DNA of 64,000 nucleotides from Aestuariivirga sp. (GTDB lineage Bacteria; Pseudomonadota; Alphaproteobacteria; Rhizobiales; Aestuariivirgaceae): NCBI GenBank assembly GCA_043744395.1, contig JAYTUV010000055.1, positions 62,247 to 126,246 of the forward strand, read 5' to 3'. Shown piece by piece: positions 37,902 to 45,801 of this stretch (position 1 is its first letter; each line of letters starts with the position of its first letter). The notes under the pieces were generated by a model. It saw only the letters and a program-made list of their open reading frames with translations, ran no database searches and was not told where the DNA came from. The position numbers and the translations under genes were made by a program.

Positions 37902-38408
37902 ATGCACATGGAAAAGACACGCCGATCCCAAGATGAAAAGCTGTTGCGACTGAGCTTTGACGTCGCCAAACGTGCGCGGGAATCAGGCGACCACCCCTTT
38001 GGATCAATCTTGGTTGACGTTGGGGGCAACGTTTTGATGGAACAAGGCAATGGTTACACTTCCGAAGGCGGAGACCGGACAGCCCATGCCGAACGAATCC
38101 TGGCCTCCCGCGCGGCCAAAAAATATGACGTGGAGTTTTTGCAAAGCTGCACACTCTATACGTCAGCCGAACCATGCGCGATGTGTTCGGGTGCCATTTA
38201 TTGGGCAGGCATTGGCCGCGTGGTGTTTGGGCAAACCGAGAAAGCTTTGAAAGCGCAGACGGGTGACCATGAGGAAAATCCAACTTTAGATTTGCCCTGT
38301 CATATCATATTTGAAGCAGGACAGCGGCCAACAGAAATTGTAGGTCCGCTGCTTGAAGTTGAAGCCGCAAAATTGCAGGATGATTTTTGGAAGGCGCGAA
38401 TGAGTTAG
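37902..38408 (+). CDS. CDA-fold nucleoside/nucleobase deaminase (guanine deaminase-like)
   Basis: Zinc motifs 'HAERIL' and 'PCAMCSGAIYWAGI'. Confidence 0.8.
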   Translation: MHMEKTRRSQDEKLLRLSFDVAKRARESGDHPFGSILVDVGGNVLMEQGNGYTSEGGDRTAHAERILASRAAKKYDVEFLQSCTLYTSAEPCAMCSGAIYWAGIGRVVFGQTEKALKAQTGDHEENPTLDLPCHIIFEAGQRPTEIVGPLLEVEAAKLQDDFWKARMS

Positions 38409-38416
38409 GAAACATC

Positions 38417-38863
38417 ATGATGAACGACACCGATAAAAAATTCCTCCGCATCGCTTATGACGAAGCCAAGGCCGGCTTTGATGAGGGTGGTTGCCCCATT
38501 GGTTCAGTCTTAGCGCGTGGTGAAAATCTGGTCAGCCAAGGCCGCAATCAACGTGTGCAAGGTGGCGATCCCATAGCCCATGGCGAGATGGATGCACTTC
38601 GCAAGGCGGGCCGCCAAAAAACATACCGAGACACCACTTTATACACCTCGCTCAGTCCCTGTATGATGTGCACAGGCACCATCATTCAATTCGGGATACC
38701 TCGCGTTGTGATCGGCGAAAACAAAACCTTTGGCGGTAACGAAGAATTTTTGCGCTCAAAAGGCGTTGAAGTGATTATCGCTGATGATGCGGATTGCACC
38801 GCATTGATGACGCGCTTCATTAAAGAAAAGCCCGAACTTTGGGCCGAGGACATTGCAGAATAG
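38417..38863 (+). CDS. cytosine deaminase, yeast FCY1-type (CDA fold)
   Basis: 'HGEMDAL', 'TLYTSLSPCMMCTGTIIQFGIPRVVIGENKTF' and the tail 'FIKEKPELWAEDIAE' closely parallel my recollection of yeast Fcy1. ATG 38417 is preceded by TAGGA. Confidence 0.8.
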   Translation: MMNDTDKKFLRIAYDEAKAGFDEGGCPIGSVLARGENLVSQGRNQRVQGGDPIAHGEMDALRKAGRQKTYRDTTLYTSLSPCMMCTGTIIQFGIPRVVIGENKTFGGNEEFLRSKGVEVIIADDADCTALMTRFIKEKPELWAEDIAE

Positions 38864-38867
38864 CGCG

Positions 38868-40334
38868 ATGTATATTGGCATTGATATTGGCACTACTGCC
38901 ACAAAAGTGATCTTGGTTGATGATGCACAGAAGATCATTGCAAGTGACTCACACACCTATGAATATATCAGCCGCATCGCAGGCTATGCCGAACAGCACC
39001 CGCAGCTTTGGATCGACGCAATGCAAAGTTGCTTTGCGCAAATTCGTCAGAAAAACAGTAAGGCCCTCGCCGCCGCAAAACGCATAAGTTTATCAGGCCA
39101 GATGCATTCCCTTGTTGCCCTTGATGCCGCACACCAACCAATTAAACCTGCAATGTTGTGGAACGACGCACGCGGCCAAGCCGAGGCGGACGCCTTGGCA
39201 AAACAAATCCCCAATATCGAAGAAATTTCGGGCGCGGCCGCAATGCCCAGTTTCTCTGCATCCAAATTTTTATGGATGCGCAATCATGAGCGCGAACTCT
39301 TCGACAAAATCCAACATATCGCACTCCCCAAAGACATGGTGCGTTTGTGGCTGACTGGGGCGCTGGCCACCGATCATTCCGATGCAGCAGGAACGCAGCT
39401 CTATGACCAAAGCAAGCGCAAATGGAGCGACACGATTTGCAATGTTGTTGGAATAGACCAAGCCACATTGCCAAGCATTTTTGAATCTCATCAAAGCGCT
39501 GGAAAAATTCGTGCTGAAATCGCGTCGTCCTTGGGCTTATCATCTGATTGCGAAATCATCATTGGCGGCGCTGATACAGCAGCAGGGGCGCTTGGATTGG
39601 GTGTGGTGTCACCCGGAGATAGCTTCATAACATTGGGCACCAGCGCCATTTTTGCGACAGTAACAAATGGCTATCACCCTACATCAAAAGGTTTCCTTCA
39701 TAATTTCGCGCATTGCTTGCCCAATCAATATTACCGCATGGGCGCCATGCTCAACGGCGCAAGTTCATTGGCCTGGGCCGCAAGATTAGTGGGCGCAGAT
39801 GACATCGGACAATTGCTGCAAGCTGTGGAAGCGCGCTTTCGAGACCCCTCCCGCGTGATGTTCATCCCCTATCTGAACGGCGAACGCACGCCACATAATA
39901 ATGCTGATTTGCGCGGCGCATTGCTGGGTCTCGACAGCGCATCTGATAAACTTGATATTGCCCAAGCGGTGATCGAAGGCGTTGCGTTTTGTTTGAAGGA
40001 TGCAATGCTGGCTTTGAACTTGGTCAACAGAGCTATCGGCGCCGTAGGTTTTATCGGCGGTGGTGCACGCAGTGCGCTATGGACAAAAATTCTAGCTTCG
40101 GTTCTCAATGTTCCGTTGGCCAAATATGAAGGCGCTGATTTATGGCCAGCACTAGGAGCCGCAAGATTGGCGATGCTCTCATCCGACATTGGCCAACTTC
40201 AAAAGATTGCAATTAAACCAAGCATTAAAAATATCGTTGAGCCAGATCGTTCGCTCGTAGCTTCTTATTCTGAACGCCACCGCATTTATCAAAATGCGCA
40301 GCAAGTCTCATTTGAGTTTTCAAAATTAAAATGA
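38868..40334 (+). CDS. xylB: xylulokinase (FGGY carbohydrate kinase)
   Basis: 'MYIGIDIGTTATK', 'MLWNDAR', 'IGGADTAAGALG', 'PYLNGERTPH', 'IGGGARS'. Confidence 0.85.
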   Translation: MYIGIDIGTTATKVILVDDAQKIIASDSHTYEYISRIAGYAEQHPQLWIDAMQSCFAQIRQKNSKALAAAKRISLSGQMHSLVALDAAHQPIKPAMLWNDARGQAEADALAKQIPNIEEISGAAAMPSFSASKFLWMRNHERELFDKIQHIALPKDMVRLWLTGALATDHSDAAGTQLYDQSKRKWSDTICNVVGIDQATLPSIFESHQSAGKIRAEIASSLGLSSDCEIIIGGADTAAGALGLGVVSPGDSFITLGTSAIFATVTNGYHPTSKGFLHNFAHCLPNQYYRMGAMLNGASSLAWAARLVGADDIGQLLQAVEARFRDPSRVMFIPYLNGERTPHNNADLRGALLGLDSASDKLDIAQAVIEGVAFCLKDAMLALNLVNRAIGAVGFIGGGARSALWTKILASVLNVPLAKYEGADLWPALGAARLAMLSSDIGQLQKIAIKPSIKNIVEPDRSLVASYSERHRIYQNAQQVSFEFSKLK

Positions 40335-41938
40335 ATAATGCGTATGATTACATCATCGTGGGCGGGGGCTCCGCTGCCTGTGTTGCCGCGTGGCGCTTAA
40401 CACAAGACACCAAGACAAGCGTCTTGCTTCTTGAGCGTGGGCCAATGAAGCCGTCGTTCATAACATCCAAGCTTTTATCCATGCCTGCGGGTTGGATGAA
40501 GGGGATCAACGGCAGCCCGATTTTGGAGATGCATCACCCCGTTCCACAAAAGCATTTGGATGGGCGCGCACCCTCGGTCGGCCAAGCCAATGTGTTGGGC
40601 GGCGGCACGGTGGTCAACGCAATGGTTTATACGCGGGGGCAAGCTGAAGATTATGATGCGTGGAATGGGTTTCTAGGCGAACGCAGCGGATGGGCCTACC
40701 AGGATGTGCTGCCGCATTTTAAAGCGATTGAAAACAACCAGCACATTCCAGACAAATGGCATGGCACAGATGGACCGCTTTACGTTTCCAACACGGCGCG
40801 AAAATGCCAGATCAGCTCGGATTATATAAGCGCCGTGCAAAGCCTCGGGGTTCCATATAACGCCGATTTCAATGGTGCTGTGCAGCGCGGCGTTGGCACG
40901 ATGCAATACACCACGTTTAAAAAACGCCGCTGCAACGGCGTAGATGCTTTTCTCATTCCCGCACTCAAAACGGGTCGCCTGACCATAAAGACCGGATGCG
41001 CAGTTTCGCGGGTGATGATTGAAAACGGCATATGCAAAGGCGTGGACTTTATTGAAAACGGTCAAGAATATTTGGCCTTTGCCGAACGTGAAGTTTTGCT
41101 TGCCGCGGGTTGTTACAACACACCAAAAATCTTGATGCTGTCAGGCGTCGGCCCTGCGGATCAATTAAGCGCGATGAAAATTGCAGTGAAACATGATTTG
41201 GCTGGCGTTGGTGAAAATCTGCAGGATCATCATGAAGTTCCAGTGGTTGCCGCCACGAATGGTCACTATGGCTATTATGGTGAAGACAAGGGCTTGCGCG
41301 CCATTTGGAATGGTTTGCAATATGTGCTGACCAAAACAGGGCCAGTCACCAGCACAGGTGTTGAAGCTTGTGCATACATTGACCCTGATGGCGGCAAACG
41401 TCCGACGATCAAAATCTATTGTGTGCCATCCGTTTATCTTGACGGAGACATCAAAGGTGTGACGGCACAAGATGGCGTAACGCTGAATGCTTGCCTGCTG
41501 CGCCCCAAGTCTCGTGGCACTGTTCGCCTGACGTCAGCTGATCCATTTGCAAAACCAACGATCGACAATAATTATCTGGCTGAACCTGATGACCTTAGAA
41601 TAGAGATTTCCGGATTAAAATATGCCCGCGACATCCTTCGTGCCAACCCCTTGGCATCTCGCATTTCCCACGAGCTTCTGCCGGGCAAGGATGTTGTGAG
41701 CGATACGGATCTTGCGGCCCATTGTCGTCGCACCGTCAAAACCAATTGGCACCCCGTCGGCACCTGCCGCATGGGGCCAGACAATGATCAGGCAGCCGTG
41801 CTTGATTCAAAATTGCGGGTGCGCGGCATTCAAAATCTGCGCGTGATTGACGCGTCTGCAATGCCGTTCATTCCATCAGGCAACACCAATGCACCCACCA
41901 TGATGCTGGCGCACCGCGCGATATCATTGCTCGGTTAG
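40331..41938 (+). CDS. GMC-family FAD oxidoreductase, paralog 3
   Basis: 'DYIIVGGGSAACVAAWRLTQ', 'HPVGTCRMG', 'NTNAPTMMLAHRA'. ATGA overlap with xylB. Confidence 0.9.
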   Translation: MNNAYDYIIVGGGSAACVAAWRLTQDTKTSVLLLERGPMKPSFITSKLLSMPAGWMKGINGSPILEMHHPVPQKHLDGRAPSVGQANVLGGGTVVNAMVYTRGQAEDYDAWNGFLGERSGWAYQDVLPHFKAIENNQHIPDKWHGTDGPLYVSNTARKCQISSDYISAVQSLGVPYNADFNGAVQRGVGTMQYTTFKKRRCNGVDAFLIPALKTGRLTIKTGCAVSRVMIENGICKGVDFIENGQEYLAFAEREVLLAAGCYNTPKILMLSGVGPADQLSAMKIAVKHDLAGVGENLQDHHEVPVVAATNGHYGYYGEDKGLRAIWNGLQYVLTKTGPVTSTGVEACAYIDPDGGKRPTIKIYCVPSVYLDGDIKGVTAQDGVTLNACLLRPKSRGTVRLTSADPFAKPTIDNNYLAEPDDLRIEISGLKYARDILRANPLASRISHELLPGKDVVSDTDLAAHCRRTVKTNWHPVGTCRMGPDNDQAAVLDSKLRVRGIQNLRVIDASAMPFIPSGNTNAPTMMLAHRAISLLG

Positions 41939-41942
41939 ATTT

Positions 41943-43634
41943 CTAGTGTTTGGTGGGTAGGTTTTTGATAACTGCACGTAGCTGGCGGATCTGCGCACGA
42001 TCCAATTCTTTGATTGGCTCTGCGATATCTTTATATGGGCGCAAATCAGGATGAAGCAAATGCGTGTTGTCTCTGATTTTTCCATATCGCCAGCCATCAA
42101 GCAGCCGGTCGATCATCCATCCACGGTGTTCAACTTCAGCTAATTTTTCCAGCGTAGTTGGATCATCAATGGCCGACCAATCACCCTTTAAAATTTCTGA
42201 TTCAGGCTTTGCCATGTAACCGGTAGACAACAATTTTGTAACAGCACGGGCCGCCGCAGTTCGGTTCGACAATCTGTATGTTTGCGCAAGTTTTGCCCAT
42301 GGGCGCATCGCCGCACTATCCCCACCGCGCGTCGTTTTCGCATCCAAACGATAAGCCTCGTGGAACGAACGCGCCAGAGTTTCAACCCAATCCGAAAGAT
42401 AATTTGGACCGTCATCAATTGCAATAATCTGCGTGGCAGGATCATTATTCTGAGTTGAGATAAACAGCTGTTTCGTTGAATCGCCGGCGTTCTGCAAAAC
42501 GTAAATGGGAACAAGCCAACGACCCAAAATCTGACTGCGACGACGCAAAGCCAAAGCTGCAACCACCCCGCGCGCAGCATCTTCATAACTAATGACGACT
42601 GCCGAAACAGGAGTGGATTTATCAAGTGCCACCATCTGCCCATCAGAAGCGATGTCCTGTAATTTTGGCAATTCAATAAAGTCTAATTTTACAAAACTGC
42701 CATCAAGCATGGCCGGATATCGGTAGGTGATTTCTGTTTGTGCTTCAAGTTTCTGGTCAGTTAAAATGCTAATCCTCGGAATATCCAACCCGAGATAAGG
42801 CGATAGTCGGCAGAACTTTTCAATGACGGCCAATGAAAAACCGCTCCACCCAATCACAACTAAATGGACGCGCTTCAAACCCCGACGTTTTGCATCATCG
42901 GAAAGCGGATGACGCAGCAATAATTTGCTCGCTGCAATCTGACCGGAATTAACCGCCACCACTTCAACAGACTCGGATGGGCTGCCAAAAGCTTCATTCC
43001 TGTTAAGTTCAGCAACCAGCGCAGCATTTTGCAAATTCACTTCAATCAACGCTTCATCTGTTCTCCCGGCCATGAGCTTAATGATGGTTTCAAGGCTTTC
43101 TAAACTTTGCGAGTCTGAATTGAGCTTCAAGTTGATTGACTTGGCCTTTGCCACGCCAGCCTTGCTCAGTGTATCTTGCGAAATTGTTTCATCTTCAAGA
43201 TGAAAGTCTGCTGTCATATGTGACGCGTTTATAACAACAACATTTCGCCCCGCTAATGGCTCATGTTGCGCACCAATCACGACATGATGACCAGACAATT
43301 TTCGCAACCGTCTGTCGTTCCACCACGCGTCAATTTGTGATCCAAATAATCGGAACAATCCAAACAGCGTAATGCAAGGTGCCACCCAACGCGCAACCAT
43401 TAACCACCAATTGCGAATGCCTTCGCCGCCCGGTTCTGGCATTGAAAAAAACAAAGAAAATGTGCGCAGTGCATTATTCAAAATCGCGAAGGCAGCTGTC
43501 TCCCCACTGCAGGCTTTTGTCACCGGGCATTCCAGACTAAAGCCATAATAACCAATGCCAAAAATGAATACGACAAACGGCAGCGCATACCTGAAGGGCA
43601 GCTCAGATCCAATTTCCGCCAATTTAGCTCGCAT
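41943..43634 (-). CDS. membrane protein with channel-like 2-TM N-terminus, two RCK/TrkA-N-like segments and a C-terminal RyR-repeat domain
   Basis: TM segments 'FRYALPFVVFIFGIGYYGFSL' and 'WWLMVARWVAPCITLFGLFRLF'. Rossmann-like 'HHVVIGAQ' and 'RVHLVVIGWSGFSLAV'. RyR-type halves 'LARSFHEAYRL...RPWAKLAQTYRLSNRTAAARAVTKLLSTGY' and 'LAEVEHRGWMIDRLLDGWRYGKIRDNTHLLHPDLRPYKDIAEPIKELDRAQI'. The start at 43634 (MRAKLAEIG) is chosen to avoid overlap with the divergent TIR gene and is uncertain. Confidence 0.65.
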   Translation of the reverse strand: MRAKLAEIGSELPFRYALPFVVFIFGIGYYGFSLECPVTKACSGETAAFAILNNALRTFSLFFSMPEPGGEGIRNWWLMVARWVAPCITLFGLFRLFGSQIDAWWNDRRLRKLSGHHVVIGAQHEPLAGRNVVVINASHMTADFHLEDETISQDTLSKAGVAKAKSINLKLNSDSQSLESLETIIKLMAGRTDEALIEVNLQNAALVAELNRNEAFGSPSESVEVVAVNSGQIAASKLLLRHPLSDDAKRRGLKRVHLVVIGWSGFSLAVIEKFCRLSPYLGLDIPRISILTDQKLEAQTEITYRYPAMLDGSFVKLDFIELPKLQDIASDGQMVALDKSTPVSAVVISYEDAARGVVAALALRRRSQILGRWLVPIYVLQNAGDSTKQLFISTQNNDPATQIIAIDDGPNYLSDWVETLARSFHEAYRLDAKTTRGGDSAAMRPWAKLAQTYRLSNRTAAARAVTKLLSTGYMAKPESEILKGDWSAIDDPTTLEKLAEVEHRGWMIDRLLDGWRYGKIRDNTHLLHPDLRPYKDIAEPIKELDRAQIRQLRAVIKNLPTKH

Positions 43635-43734
43635 AAAACCTACTCCTGAACCAAGACTTGCCGCAATAATAGTGTTGCACAATATGAAAGAACACTGAAA
43701 TATAGCAATCTCCTCAAGACGAGTGACGAGACTG

Positions 43735-45801
43735 ATGGCGCGCAAGAAGATTGACCGAAAAGATGACCGTAAGACCAGAGTTTTCTTGTCATACTCACGA
43801 AAAGATTTAGGCTTTGCCGAGTTTCTCAAAGGCGAACTCGAACAAGCCGGCTATCAACCAAGTCTTGATAAAACCGATATTGCCCCCGGCGAAGCCTGGC
43901 AAGACCGACTGGGCAAACTGATTCAGGAGGCCGATGCAATCGTGTTTTGTTTAAGCCCCCATTCTGCCGTATCCGCAATTTGCGGTTGGGAAGTGGAAGC
44001 GGCCGCAAAACTTGGTAAGCGCATTGTTCCTGCCGTCGTTGATTTCGTCGATCCGACGTCTCTACCAGAAACCTTAACAAAATTGAATTTCATTTTCTTT
44101 GCAGACACCAGTTTTGAAGAAGCCTTCACCAATCTGCAGTCGGCACTGAATACCAACTTGGCATGGGTTCGGCTGCATACGAGGCTTGGCGAATTGGCAC
44201 TAGAATGGCAAGCCCGCAACAATTCAACATCACAACTTTTGTTTGGTCGTTCTCTAAGTGATGCCGAAATTTGGTCTGCCAAACGTCCTAGCGATGCCGA
44301 ATTACCTACACCCCTACAATTGCAATATATCGCCGCAAGCCGGAGTGCGGCAAGCGGAAGGCAGCGCCTTGGTCTGTTTGCAGCACTCGCTGCTGCAACC
44401 GTAGCTATTGCATTATTCATATGGGGTCTCTTCAATCAATTCGATGCGATCGACCAAAAAGAAAAAGCGCAAGCCGTCGCAAACGCGGCGATCAATGCGG
44501 CAGAATCTATTTCCGTTGATGTTGTGACTGACCTTTCCTCAAGAAGTGGCGTTCCACCTCAAGCAATCCAATCCGTTCTTGAAATAACCGCAAAGATGCA
44601 AAACGATTTAATCAATTCTGGCGCAATAGCTCCGGCAATCAAGGCTTCACTTGTGAGCACTTATATGCAGCTGGCCCTCATACATAAATCGCAAGGACAT
44701 GTTGAAGAAGCACTCGCCAATGCTACTAAAGCGACCCAACAAGCAGATGACGTTAAAAAAATAATTGACGAATTACCCAGCAAAACACCAGATGACATGC
44801 GCGTTCAAAATGTGAATTTAACCAACCGCGCAGCAAGCTATTCGGTTTTGGGCGACATTCAAAGTAATATGAATGAGGACTACGCAAAATCCAAAGCCTC
44901 TTATGAAATAGAAATCGAATCCGCCAAACTCATCACTGAGGACTATGCGGGAAAAACAAATCGCGACACACGAATAGCCATCGGTCAGATGAGCCTTGGT
45001 GACTCGCAATTTATGTTGAACGAAACTGAACAAGCGCTTTCAACAGCCATACTGGCCAATGAAACGTTCAAAAGCCTCCTGCGCGAAAAGCCATTGGCCA
45101 AAAATGAATATAAAGTTGATCAATGCAATTATCCGATTGCCAAGGTCAACGATGCTGCAACACGAAAACAGTATTTAAGTTTTGAAACTGATATTTTGGA
45201 CTTGATTGGCAGAATTCTCAATCGCCAGAAACACTTTGTTGTAGCAGAAAAATATTTATGTGAAGCACTCAAAAACGCAATCGCAAACTCCGCAGATAGG
45301 CCAGACGATCTCGCGGCAAAAAGAGAAGTCAACCAAGTGCGAAAAACATTTGCGATCAACCTACATGAACAAGGCGGCGCAAAAAATGCGAGGGCGTTTA
45401 TGTTAGCTGATGCTCAGCAGAAGCTGGCAAAAGAACTCTACGACCTCAATCAAAGCAACACGCTGTTGCTCGATGACTATGCAGTAGCATTGCTCCTGAA
45501 AGCAAATTACGCCAGCCCATCAAGTGCTCCAGAATTCTTTGCAACACAATATAAGGCTTATGCCGAATTAAGACTGAAGTCGGCGATCCAAAATCCAACT
45601 GATCCCGTTGTCTTGGAGCAACTCGTCGTGGCGTATGAAATTCTTCTTGAAAACAATCTCAGAGCGGAGGAAGCCGACACGGCGAATTTACGAGGATTCA
45701 TAACCGCAATGGAAAAGCTCTATTCCAGTTCCGTCTCATCGAAACCAGAACGAGCCGAGATTGCAAAAAAGGCCCTCGCTTCAATCGTTCCAACCCCCTA
45801 A
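43735..45801 (+). CDS. TIR-domain protein with single TM helix and about 450-aa helical-repeat (TPR-like) C-terminal domain
   Basis: TIR_2-like 'RVFLSYSRKDLGFAEFLKGELEQAGYQPSLDKTDIAPGEAWQDRLGKLIQEADAIVFCLSPHSAVSAICGWEVEAA'. TM 'LGLFAALAAATVAIALFIWGLF' (nt 44368-44433). GTG at 43723 is an alternative start. Confidence 0.8.
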   Translation: MARKKIDRKDDRKTRVFLSYSRKDLGFAEFLKGELEQAGYQPSLDKTDIAPGEAWQDRLGKLIQEADAIVFCLSPHSAVSAICGWEVEAAAKLGKRIVPAVVDFVDPTSLPETLTKLNFIFFADTSFEEAFTNLQSALNTNLAWVRLHTRLGELALEWQARNNSTSQLLFGRSLSDAEIWSAKRPSDAELPTPLQLQYIAASRSAASGRQRLGLFAALAAATVAIALFIWGLFNQFDAIDQKEKAQAVANAAINAAESISVDVVTDLSSRSGVPPQAIQSVLEITAKMQNDLINSGAIAPAIKASLVSTYMQLALIHKSQGHVEEALANATKATQQADDVKKIIDELPSKTPDDMRVQNVNLTNRAASYSVLGDIQSNMNEDYAKSKASYEIEIESAKLITEDYAGKTNRDTRIAIGQMSLGDSQFMLNETEQALSTAILANETFKSLLREKPLAKNEYKVDQCNYPIAKVNDAATRKQYLSFETDILDLIGRILNRQKHFVVAEKYLCEALKNAIANSADRPDDLAAKREVNQVRKTFAINLHEQGGAKNARAFMLADAQQKLAKELYDLNQSNTLLLDDYAVALLLKANYASPSSAPEFFATQYKAYAELRLKSAIQNPTDPVVLEQLVVAYEILLENNLRAEEADTANLRGFITAMEKLYSSSVSSKPERAEIAKKALASIVPTP

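Noticed and set aside
41951-41961. TGGTGGGTAGG, resembling the reverse complement of a tRNA 3' end (possible left att site of an island)
   Set aside because: It is only 11 nt, lies inside the C-terminal codons of the RyR-domain gene (…NLPTKH*), and does not match the tRNA-like remnant at 50473-50544. It is most likely chance.
43635-43829. 65-codon N-terminal extension of the RyR/RCK membrane protein ORF (start 43829)
   Set aside because: It would overlap the divergent TIR gene start by about 95 nt and remove any shared promoter region. Met at 43634 sits immediately before the first TM helix. This call remains uncertain.
43923-44435. 170-aa minus-strand ORF and other antisense ORFs (42188..42676, 45129..45359, 46297..46620, 48061..48333, 48945..49715) within the TIR/protease/kinase locus
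   Set aside because: Each lies antisense or out of frame inside a gene with clear domain motifs. None has a recognisable motif of its own.
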